64,000 bases of DNA from Escherichia phage EC150, in sequence record ON210137.1; one strand, 5' to 3'. Positions 7,387 through 14,576 of the stretch are shown piece after piece. The stretch's first letter is position 1; each line of letters starts with the position of its first letter. A program made the position numbers and the translations under genes. A model generated the notes under the pieces. The model saw only the letters and a program-made list of their open reading frames with translations. It made no database searches and had not been told where the DNA came from.

Positions 7387-7650
7387 TCATCTTTTAGTCA
7401 CTTTACGTAACAATTTACGACCTTCCGCCGTCCAGTCGAACGACTCCACCAGCAGATTTGCACTATAACCTAAGACGATGCGCCCTTTCTCGTTATCGAC
7501 CCGCCAACAAGTCTCGAATAGCATTCGATTTGCACTATTAACTATCGCCGCAACGCGCGCTGGGTAAGCGCAATTTGCACTATGGTCGTAAAGGGATAAG
7601 GTGCGACCACTTCCGATGGACAACGTAGCGATGAGAATAAGCGTATTCAT
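7387..7650 (-). CDS. hypothetical protein with signal-peptide-like N-terminus
   Basis: 87-aa ORF with GGTGG 3 nt before the ATG and a minus-strand terminator downstream. It carries three in-frame ATTTGCACTAT copies (read as Ser-Ala-Asn), so coding status is uncertain. Confidence 0.4.
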   Translation of the reverse strand: MNTLILIATLSIGSGRTLSLYDHSANCAYPARVAAIVNSANRMLFETCWRVDNEKGRIVLGYSANLLVESFDWTAEGRKLLRKVTKR

Positions 7651-7700
7651 AAGCCACCAATTTGCACTATGAAAAGCGACCCCGAAGGGCCGCCATTCGA

Positions 7701-8327
7701 TTAGATGATCTGGAATGTGTATGACTTGTTGCCGAACTCGAAGTTCAAGCGCCCAGCTTCCTTAAGCTTCATGCGGAAGCGAATGTGCTTGCTATCCGGT
7801 AATCCCAGCGCGATGAAAGCTACGCGGACCGATTTGAACTCGCCTACACCCTCGACCATAACGCCGTTACGGGTGAGACGCTTTTGCGCCACTTCCTTAT
7901 TATCCCAACTTTTTGCAATGCCTTCGCTATTCGAACGGCGATGGGAAGAAGTTCCATTTTGCACTACGCAATTTGCACTATCGTTTAGGCCGCTCTTAAC
8001 GAAGGCTTCATACTCTTCGTCGGTCATCGCGTCGAGTTCTTCCTGAGTCGGCTCAGACTTTTTAACGACCGCACGCGCCTTATGCGTTTTTACATCGCTG
8101 GGCACTTCCTCGCGCGGCTTCGCGTCGGGAATGGGCGATTCGTTGGACGGCTCATCGAGCGCGTTCAAGGACTCGATTAACGCGATTACGCGAGTCTCGG
8201 CGGTCCGGCGGTCCGCGAACTTTTTAATCGGCTTCGAACCGGAATTTGCGTTGTAAAATGCAACGAGGTCGGCGGTCTTAGTTGCGATAACGTCGCCGCT
8301 AGTCGAGAAGCGATTTAAGCTAACCAT
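7701..8327 (-). CDS. hypothetical protein
   Basis: 208-aa ORF with AGGAG 7 nt upstream. Acidic central linker. Contains motif copies at 7956 and 7971 (..DSANCVVQNG..). Confidence 0.6.
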   Translation of the reverse strand: MVSLNRFSTSGDVIATKTADLVAFYNANSGSKPIKKFADRRTAETRVIALIESLNALDEPSNESPIPDAKPREEVPSDVKTHKARAVVKKSEPTQEELDAMTDEEYEAFVKSGLNDSANCVVQNGTSSHRRSNSEGIAKSWDNKEVAQKRLTRNGVMVEGVGEFKSVRVAFIALGLPDSKHIRFRMKLKEAGRLNFEFGNKSYTFQII

Positions 8328-8407
8328 AATAAACTCCTATTTGTTAGGGCGCTAAGCGCGAAAGAATTTTATTAAAGCGCCGCGCACGACGCTCTTAAAA
8401 TCCTCTC

Positions 8408-8692
8408 TTACGCTTCGACGAGGGAGAAGGTTTCAAATTCTTCTTCGCCCATAACGAGTAAAATATTCCCGATTTCGACCGCTTCGAAGAAGTATCCGTT
8501 AACGTTTACTTCGAAGGCTTCGCGGTCCGATTCCGGTAACGCCGCGTAAAGTTTAAAAGCCTCGGCGACCGTTACCCCACCCGCTTCGATAGTTTGGTCT
8601 ACGTTCGCGGCGTAGACTTCGGATAAATTTTGTTTTACGCCGTAGTTCTCGACGATAGCGTTACGGATAGAAGAAACGTTAAGAATAGCCAT
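8408..8692 (-). CDS. small acidic protein, paralog of 9326..9616
   Basis: 94 aa. Shares S.IR.A.VE ... L..VY..NVD.TIE ... V.(V/I)NG..(F/Y)....EIG with 9326..9616. Has its own promoter and a conserved leader. Confidence 0.65.
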   Translation of the reverse strand: MAILNVSSIRNAIVENYGVKQNLSEVYAANVDQTIEAGGVTVAEAFKLYAALPESDREAFEVNVNGYFFEAVEIGNILLVMGEEEFETFSLVEA

Positions 8693-8760
8693 TTTAAACT
8701 CCTAGTTGGGAGAGGCGTTAACGACCTATTCGTTAACTCATCCCGTCCCGATATGAGTAC

Positions 8761-8788
8761 ATTATAATATAGTGTAGAAAAAAGTAAA
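8761..8788 (-). promoter_or_regulatory. sigma70-like promoter (copy 1 of 3)
   Basis: Minus strand reads GTGCTTTACTTTTTTCTACACTATAT-TATAAT. TTTACT (8788-8783), 16-nt spacer, TATAAT (8766-8761). Confidence 0.5.
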
Positions 8789-8832
8789 GCACTTTTTCGA
8801 TAAAAATGCGATAAATTATTTTATCTTTTTCC

Positions 8833-8860
8833 TTTACTTCTTCGTACACTCGCGTATACT
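8833..8860 (+). promoter_or_regulatory. sigma70-like promoter (copy 2 of 3)
   Basis: TTTACT (8833-8838), spacer TCTTCGTACACTCGCG (16 nt), TATACT (8855-8860). Same TTTACTTCTTCGTACACT core as at 9230. Confidence 0.5.
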
Positions 8861-8915
8861 TGTTTATATCGAGACGGGCGATGGCCTTCCTTCTACTAGC
8901 ATCGGGAGTTTTATT

Positions 8916-9218
8916 ATGACTACTTTAATCTCTTCTATCCTTACTTACGACGAAGACCGTTTAACCGTTCGTTCTCTTATCGCCGCCGTTAACGCGGAAC
9001 TAGAATCCACCATCATTAAGGTCCGCGCGGTCGCTTTCGTCGGCCTTTCCTTCGACGATATTAAGTATGCCGAACGTAGCGCCATCCGCTTCGCGAAGAC
9101 CGACGACGAAGCCGTTACCCTTATCGAGACGGTTACGCCGCGCGGCGAAGCGTTAATTATCGTCGAGTATATCGACGTAGAGGGCGATAAGGCTTATAAA
9201 TATTTTATCGCAAAATAA
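8916..9218 (+). CDS. hypothetical small acidic protein
   Basis: 100-aa ORF with GGGAG 8 nt upstream. CpG-rich codon usage like its neighbours. Confidence 0.6.
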   Translation: MTTLISSILTYDEDRLTVRSLIAAVNAELESTIIKVRAVAFVGLSFDDIKYAERSAIRFAKTDDEAVTLIETVTPRGEALIIVEYIDVEGDKAYKYFIAK

Positions 9219-9229
9219 CGAAAAAGTGC

Positions 9230-9258
9230 TTTACTTCTTCGTACACTAAGACTATAAT
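9230..9258 (+). promoter_or_regulatory. sigma70-like promoter (copy 3 of 3)
   Basis: TTTACT (9230-9235), 17-nt spacer, TATAAT (9253-9258). Preceded by CGAAAAAGTGC, as in the minus-strand copy. Confidence 0.55.
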
Positions 9259-9325
9259 GTTTTATATCGAGAGGGGAGAGGAAGCGAATAGGTCGCCTTC
9301 CCGCCCTCCCAACTAGGAGAATATT

Positions 9326-9616
9326 ATGATTACTTTATCCGCTATCCGTTCCGCTCGCGTCGAGACTTCCGAAAACTCTAACGTATTTGGCGAAACCTTA
9401 GAGAGCGTTTATCTCTCTAACGTCGACGCGACTATCGAATCTATTTATGAGCCGATCAACTTCCTCGACCTTTACAAGTATCGCGACGAGGACATCGTAT
9501 CATCCCGCGTAACTATCAACGGCTTCGTCTATACGATTACCGAAATCGGCGGCGAATATATCGCGGTCCCGCAACTCGGCGGCGAAGTAACTTATTTTAA
9601 AATCGTCTCCTTATAA
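9326..9616 (+). CDS. small acidic protein, paralog of 8408..8692
   Basis: 96 aa. Leader carries the CCCAACTAGGAG RBS context and the AATAGGT-loop hairpin (9280-9301), both shared with the 8408..8692 leader. Confidence 0.65.
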   Translation: MITLSAIRSARVETSENSNVFGETLESVYLSNVDATIESIYEPINFLDLYKYRDEDIVSSRVTINGFVYTITEIGGEYIAVPQLGGEVTYFKIVSL

Positions 9617-9635
9617 TACCCTTCCGTTACTAATA

Positions 9636-9662
9636 GGCCGCGCTTAGTCGCGGCTTTTCTTC
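9636..9662 (+). terminator. rho-independent terminator
   Basis: GCCGCG-CTTAGT-CGCGGC (9637-9654) followed by TTTTCTT. Confidence 0.65.
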
Positions 9663-9780
9663 GTCCCTATCCCGATGCGCGTCTACGCGAAAACTCCTTT
9701 ATCCTTCCCTTCGTCGTCGCATAATCTTCTTCGAGATGCTCCTTAGTTCGCATAACAGGTATTACGTTAAATGGAGAACA

Positions 9781-9854
9781 TCGCGTAAGTCCTTGTTTTA
9801 TATAGACACCTATATCGGACCGTTAGGGCGGGTCGCGTAAGTCGTTGTTTTATA
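9781..9854. repeat. 22-bp direct repeat TCGCGTAAGTC(C/G)TTGTTTTATA
   Basis: Copies at 9781-9802 and 9833-9854 (21/22 identical, 52-bp period) in non-coding DNA. Confidence 0.6.
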
Positions 9855-9979
9855 AAGGCGCAAAACTTTCCCTTCGTTCCGAACTAAAACGAGAAATGTG
9901 CCGACCCTTCGCCCGAAAATAGTACGTATGCGAAATTACATGCATCTCGAATAATCCCTCCCGATATTATCCTACACGC

Positions 9980-10042
9980 AATCATTCGCTTTCGAATCAT
10001 TATGCTTCATATTGTTATGCGTCGAATCATTCGCTTTCGAAT
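9980..10042. repeat. 18-bp direct repeat AATCATTCGCTTTCGAAT
   Basis: Exact copies at 9980-9997 and 10025-10042. Each contains the small inverted repeat ATTCG-N4-CGAAT. Confidence 0.6.
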
Positions 10043-10131
10043 TGTAACGCTGGAAACTGTAACGGCGATTGATTATTGCGTTCGTGTGGTTTTTATGGCA
10101 TGGGTCTTTTGGTGCGTTTTGGTACTTGATG

Positions 10132-10245
10132 AAATTTGCAGTACACTAATCAAAATACGACACATTTGGTCCACTAACTTTTCAAAGAAAAAGTCCTAGA
10201 CAGTACCGTACTATTTTGTACCCACAGGAAATTTGCAGTACACTC
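10132..10245. repeat. direct repeat GAAATTTGCAGTACACT
   Basis: Copies near 10131-10147 and 10229-10245. ATTTGCA is shared with the ATTTGCACTAT motif. Confidence 0.5.
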
Positions 10246-10255
10246 CTGCGCGGCA

Positions 10256-10286
10256 GGCAAAACAAAGGGCCGCACTAAGCGACCCA
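10256..10286 (-). terminator. rho-independent terminator for the leftward module
   Basis: Minus strand reads GGGTCGC-TTAGT-GCGGCCC followed by TTTGTTTTG, just downstream of the 10315 stop. Confidence 0.5.
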
Positions 10287-10314
10287 CGATTCACGGTTAA
10301 ATCAGCAACACCCA

Positions 10315-10695
10315 CTATTCGCTCTTATGGGCATCACCAAAGCCATCCGCAATCTGGCTGATCAATGATTCAATGGACACAGTTTTACCAATTGATCGAG
10401 CGGTAATAGCAAGCATATTATCAATCAAACCATGATTGGATGCGTATGGTTCAGGTTTTGAATCATCTTCAGGACAACCAAAAAGCTGGTCGCGCAAACT
10501 TTCGAGAGAACGCTCAACATTTTCCAACTTCTCTTCTAAATCGGATTGGCGACGTAAAACCCATGTCAAGTCACGGTTGCCAACTTCCAATCCATCAGAA
10601 TAGCAAGGTGGAGCGTCAATTTTGTTGCTGGAACCAAAAGCAGTGCCGCTGCCTTTAGTATAAGTATGGCTCATAGAATCATTTTTATTTGACAT
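10315..10695 (-). CDS. hypothetical protein
   Basis: 126-aa ORF. Last gene of the leftward 15388->10315 module. Confidence 0.55.
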   Translation of the reverse strand: MSNKNDSMSHTYTKGSGTAFGSSNKIDAPPCYSDGLEVGNRDLTWVLRRQSDLEEKLENVERSLESLRDQLFGCPEDDSKPEPYASNHGLIDNMLAITARSIGKTVSIESLISQIADGFGDAHKSE

Positions 10696-10769
10696 ATCAT
10701 TACCTTTAATATTTGGTGATTAACAATAACTATAATAAAGCCGCATAGCGCGGCATTCAAATCGATTTA

Positions 10770-11018
10770 TTAATTGTGACGATTGGATTCATCAATCGAT
10801 ACCAATTGTGCAGGGTTGCCGGATACCGTTGCGCCGATGATTCCCATTTGAGAGAAAAATTCTGAATAAACCTCTTTCCAGTACTTGCGCGCTGCTTTCT
10901 GGGCTTGACCTTTGCGCTTATAACTTTTGCCTTGAAAGATGAAGCGGTCTTTTGGAGCGTAATACTCCACCACACCTTCCAGCCATTGTAAGAATGCTAC
11001 TGATTCATTTTTATTCAT
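10770..11018 (-). CDS. hypothetical protein
   Basis: 82-aa ORF. Preferred over the overlapping 72-aa frame at 10757..10975. Confidence 0.55.
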   Translation of the reverse strand: MNKNESVAFLQWLEGVVEYYAPKDRFIFQGKSYKRKGQAQKAARKYWKEVYSEFFSQMGIIGATVSGNPAQLVSIDESNRHN

Positions 11019-11025
11019 GTTAACC

Positions 11026-11421
11026 TCAATATTTTAATAAGAAAGCGCCCAACCAACTTTCCTCAATCTCGCGGCCAGTAGCCACACGGTCGGTCTTTGA
11101 TATGGGTCTGGATTCGCCACAGGGCAACCCGTCCTGTAGTTGTGTACTATTGCCAATCCTCACCAGAACCTTTCCATCAGGGTCGATATAAGCGCGACAA
11201 CCCATGATTTCGAGTCGTTGTAGACACTGGCGAATCGTTTTCAGCTTCTCACCGGACCTGATAGAGCGCGGTCGCGACCGCTGACCGTTCTTATTCACTT
11301 TGCGCTTTGCAACCGGAATATCATTGATGCGCTGCGACTTGGGTCGATAATAGGCTTCTTCGCCAGGAGTTGCACCTGGCGTCAGTTCGCGTTTGAGATC
11401 CTTTTCAATATCGATGATCAT
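11026..11421 (-). CDS. hypothetical basic protein
   Basis: In-frame ATG 11421 (MIIDIEKDL...). The upstream Cys-rich part of the track ORF overlaps a better small ORF in another frame. Confidence 0.5.
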   Translation of the reverse strand: MIIDIEKDLKRELTPGATPGEEAYYRPKSQRINDIPVAKRKVNKNGQRSRPRSIRSGEKLKTIRQCLQRLEIMGCRAYIDPDGKVLVRIGNSTQLQDGLPCGESRPISKTDRVATGREIEESWLGAFLLKY

Positions 11422-11423
11422 GA

Positions 11424-11522
11424 TTATGCCGCTGCAGCGTAAACAATTGCATAAGCAATTCCAAACAGCGCAGCAATACATACCGTGCCCCAAAATGCAA
11501 AGCGTCGTGACTCTTTATCCAT
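11424..11522 (-). CDS. possible 32-aa single-pass membrane peptide
   Basis: MDKESRRFAFWGTVCIAALFGIAYAIVYAAAA. Its ATG directly follows the stop of 11523..11756 (TAAATG). Too short for the ORF track. Confidence 0.35.
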   Translation of the reverse strand: MDKESRRFAFWGTVCIAALFGIAYAIVYAAAA

Positions 11523-11756
11523 TTATTTATCCCCCAACGTCCATGAATTAAACACTAATTTTGCCATTTCATCTTGTGAAACCACATTATAGTGCTTAGG
11601 CAAATCGCTTTCTGATAATACCTTCTGGGCTTCTTCTTTTGTCTCAAAGAGAGGGATGAAAAAGACCAAGCGGTTATCTTCAGGATCAATGCCGCAGATG
11701 ACGTATTTTGGCAATGCTTTTGCTTTTTGAGTCTTATCAATATCTTCAAATTTCAT
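11523..11756 (-). CDS. hypothetical protein
   Basis: In-frame ATG 11756 (MKFEDIDK...) with GAGGTG 4-5 nt upstream. Confidence 0.55.
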   Translation of the reverse strand: MKFEDIDKTQKAKALPKYVICGIDPEDNRLVFFIPLFETKEEAQKVLSESDLPKHYNVVSQDEMAKLVFNSWTLGDK

Positions 11757-11802
11757 AATACACCTCACTTGTTAACGTATAATGAGTATAACTTAATCGA
11801 GC

Positions 11803-11830
11803 ATAAAGTAAAGGCGCTTTTCAGCGCCTT
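11803..11830 (-). terminator. stem-loop / weak terminator after the tail-fibre gene
   Basis: 8-bp stem AAGGCGCT / AGCGCCTT (11811-11830), then TACTTTAT on the minus strand. Confidence 0.45.
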
Positions 11831-11837
11831 GAGTGAA

Positions 11838-14153
11838 TTATTTTGCTGATTTCAGCACGGCTATCTCTGCCTTGAGTTCATCAATCTGATCCATCAATGC
11901 GAGAATAGCCTCGTGGTGCAATGCCGCTGCAACGCCGTAAGTGTCAACTGACTTGATATCTTCGACAACAGTCCCATCCTTGAGTTCCGTGTTTGAATAT
12001 TTCAAAGTTTTTACTGCGTCAGGAAATACACCTTCTACATCTTGAGCTATAAATCCGATGCCATTCGGTTTCTCTGACTTATCAAGGCGCTCCCAAGTCA
12101 CACCCTTGATCAATCTCATCTTTCCTAACGGGTCGGAAATCCTTTGAATATTTGTTTTGACCCTCTCATCAGACGTGCTGACCCAGTTCCCTGCAGTAGC
12201 AGTACCATCAGGCATAAATTTGAAATCTGCTGCAGCGCCTTGCCCATTGTTTATGGATATTTGCGCGTGCATCAAATCAGTTCCAGTACCTCGAACGCCT
12301 CCGAATGTATAGCTGCCAGCATACCAATCCCCTGAAAAATATGATACATACCCAGGCGTTGACTGGTTGAAGTTTATCATCCTCATACCGTTGCTTTCAT
12401 ACGCTGAAACGCCTACTGAATTCAACGGTTGCACAACAAGGTCTTTTGGTCTGAGATATGCATTAACATTCAGCGCCCCGTCTGTCCTTTCCGTACTAAT
12501 TTGATTTATGGAGTTAGGGAAATAAAATGTGCCATCTTGCGCAAACTTCCATTCTTGCACCCCATTAGATATCACAGCACCTTGTTCAGACGTTAATCCA
12601 TCAATCTTACCGTATGCTTGCAAGAATGCTTGATACGCAATGTTGGTGCCAATTTTATATTCAGATTTTACACTGCCGCCACTGACAAGCGTTCCGGTTG
12701 CAGGTTTTACTGCGTCACCATTAATAACGCTCCAAGTCGTATTCGCAGCAGCAAATCCACCCGATGCACGAATCACCCAAACGCCTACAAAGTTACGACC
12801 CATTATTTCACTGTTTGAACGGCCATAAACCGGACTTACTCGCGAAGCATCAAAACTCACCCTAATAACACCATTACCAGTTACCGGTTCTGGTGACAAT
12901 GGTGTTTCTACCTGACCCGGTACAATAGCACCCGTCTGCCCGTAGGCGACGACGCCACCAATATCCCCGTAAATGTTTGGTGCAGCTGAATCAAACACAA
13001 CACCATCAGCGTTGGAGTTTGCGGTGCCATTTCCTGCGCCGTCACCTCGTCCATAAAGAGCGGCTAATGAACCGACTTGAACGCCGTTTTTGTCGGGCAC
13101 ACGGAAAGTCGTTGAGCCATTACCAAGAGAATACTTTCCGCGCTTTGTTGGGTCCGCAAGCCAATCCGCATCAGCAATAGGAGTCAGCATTTGAGCATAT
13201 GCCCAAAGCTCAGGCCAGTCTGCGCGGTTAAGCAATTGCCCGTCTGCAACAACTTCATATGGCTGGATGTAAGCACGGCTATCACGAAGATGAAAATCAC
13301 CAACACCATAGTTCATTACACCGTTCATGTTCGGTCCAACGGTGCCAGTGTTGATAAGGTTTTCAACCCAACGTTTAGTCGCAGCATCATAATCATTCAC
13401 AGGGTCACCAGCAAGCGGAGTTGGGCCTGTCGGTCGAATATTCAACCAAGCCTGCGCATTATCCCCTGATCCTGTGCCGCCCATGGAAGTGGGCACGATA
13501 TTTTGATCAGCGACTTGTCCGAATCCAAAAGCAGACTTCATGCCCTGAATAGTACTCTGCCCTGTGCCACCGTTTGCCACTGGTACTACATCAAGTTCGC
13601 TATAAACCTTTTTCCAAGGTGACCAAAAGTCGCCATTAAATACCCTGTTGTATTCAGGGCCAACCGTTGCTGTGTATTTTTGTGAACAAGCATTTGCTGA
13701 AATTTGGATTACTTCCAATACTCCAGACGATAAGGTTGGGTAGTTCAAAGCAGGTGATGCTGATAGACTGTTCGGCTGGTAATATTGGCCAAACCATGAA
13801 CCAGTCAAAGCATTGAGATTTATTCCGTTAGGAATCTCTCCAAAGTTTCGGACAGTACCCGTCAAAGTCGCAGCAGTAGTTCGAATGGAAAGCATGTCGC
13901 CAGCCGCCCATGCACGCGCTGCAGTTCCTTCCTGTGCACGCTGCACGGTCAGGACGTTTCCAACAACGGCTGTTACTGTGACGATTTCGAATTGGAGGCC
14001 TGTCGCAGCGTCTACGATTGTCGCCACTACACGCTCGTTTGCAGCCAAGGTCGGAAATCCCGACCCTGAGCGAATTGTGATTGTGGTGTCTGAAGTCGTC
14101 GTTGGCTGAGCGAGCGCGACCTCAAAGTTGTTTTTGAATATTAGCCTTGGCAT
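11838..14153 (-). CDS. tail fibre/spike protein with C-terminal intramolecular chaperone (peptidase S74-like) domain
   Basis: 771 aa, Gly/Ser/Thr/Asn-rich body. The C-terminus ...SDERVKTNI..L.KGVTWERLD...GIGFIAQDVEGVFPDAV...coiled coil is the signature of endosialidase-type auto-cleaving chaperone domains. Confidence 0.85.
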   Translation of the reverse strand: MPRLIFKNNFEVALAQPTTTSDTTITIRSGSGFPTLAANERVVATIVDAATGLQFEIVTVTAVVGNVLTVQRAQEGTAARAWAAGDMLSIRTTAATLTGTVRNFGEIPNGINLNALTGSWFGQYYQPNSLSASPALNYPTLSSGVLEVIQISANACSQKYTATVGPEYNRVFNGDFWSPWKKVYSELDVVPVANGGTGQSTIQGMKSAFGFGQVADQNIVPTSMGGTGSGDNAQAWLNIRPTGPTPLAGDPVNDYDAATKRWVENLINTGTVGPNMNGVMNYGVGDFHLRDSRAYIQPYEVVADGQLLNRADWPELWAYAQMLTPIADADWLADPTKRGKYSLGNGSTTFRVPDKNGVQVGSLAALYGRGDGAGNGTANSNADGVVFDSAAPNIYGDIGGVVAYGQTGAIVPGQVETPLSPEPVTGNGVIRVSFDASRVSPVYGRSNSEIMGRNFVGVWVIRASGGFAAANTTWSVINGDAVKPATGTLVSGGSVKSEYKIGTNIAYQAFLQAYGKIDGLTSEQGAVISNGVQEWKFAQDGTFYFPNSINQISTERTDGALNVNAYLRPKDLVVQPLNSVGVSAYESNGMRMINFNQSTPGYVSYFSGDWYAGSYTFGGVRGTGTDLMHAQISINNGQGAAADFKFMPDGTATAGNWVSTSDERVKTNIQRISDPLGKMRLIKGVTWERLDKSEKPNGIGFIAQDVEGVFPDAVKTLKYSNTELKDGTVVEDIKSVDTYGVAAALHHEAILALMDQIDELKAEIAVLKSAK

Positions 14154-14191
14154 TTTACGGTCCTCGTTTTGTCGACAACCGTATTATAACC

Positions 14192-14533
14192 TTAATTTCT
14201 TTTGAGAGGAATATGGCGGTTGCTGTCATTATTTGGTTTAATAATGAGCATAAAAACGATTAGAAAGATGATGGCTGATATACTTAATTCAATCAGCGCG
14301 GCTTGAGATATAGATTGATCTTCATGATACTGCTTTTGCATTTCTGCTTTCTTCTGAGCGCAAACTTCAGGTGATATGTAATCGCCTTTTGAGTTGCCAT
14401 AATAAATCTCGCCATTCTCAGAAATAAGCCTGCCGCAAATATCCGTGTCAGCCTTTGCGCTTGACATCATAATAACGGTGCCGATGATAGCGGCAATTGT
14501 CCAGATTAGCAGTTGTGATAAGGTATTATTCAT
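14192..14533 (-). CDS. membrane protein (N- and C-terminal TM segments)
   Basis: 113 aa. Hydrophobic LLIWTIAAIIGTVIMM at the N-terminus and AIIFLIVFMLII near the C-terminus. AAGAGG RBS. Confidence 0.55.
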   Translation of the reverse strand: MNNTLSQLLIWTIAAIIGTVIMMSSAKADTDICGRLISENGEIYYGNSKGDYISPEVCAQKKAEMQKQYHEDQSISQAALIELSISAIIFLIVFMLIIKPNNDSNRHIPLKRN

Positions 14534-14576
14534 GATAACCTCTTTAATTCCCTTCCCATATCGGGAAGGGTGAATA

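Larger units (their letters stand above)
6776..7981 (+). repeat. dispersed array of the 11-mer ATTTGCACTAT, all in one orientation
   Basis: Exact copies start at 6776, 6790, 7276, 7456, 7528, 7573, 7660, 7971. Variant ATTTTGCACTAC at 7956. Copies occur in both intergenic and coding DNA. I saw none elsewhere in the window. Confidence 0.8.

Noticed and set aside
6776-7981. ATTTGCACTAT as a sigma54 (-12 TTGCA) promoter element
   Set aside because: None of the copies has the required GG (-24, TGGCAC) element about 10 nt upstream. Several copies lie inside oppositely oriented coding sequence.
10002-10199. 65-aa ORF in the repeat-rich intergenic region
   Set aside because: It has no RBS, spans the direct repeats, has a hydrophobic, Cys/Trp-rich low-complexity translation, and sits between convergent terminators.
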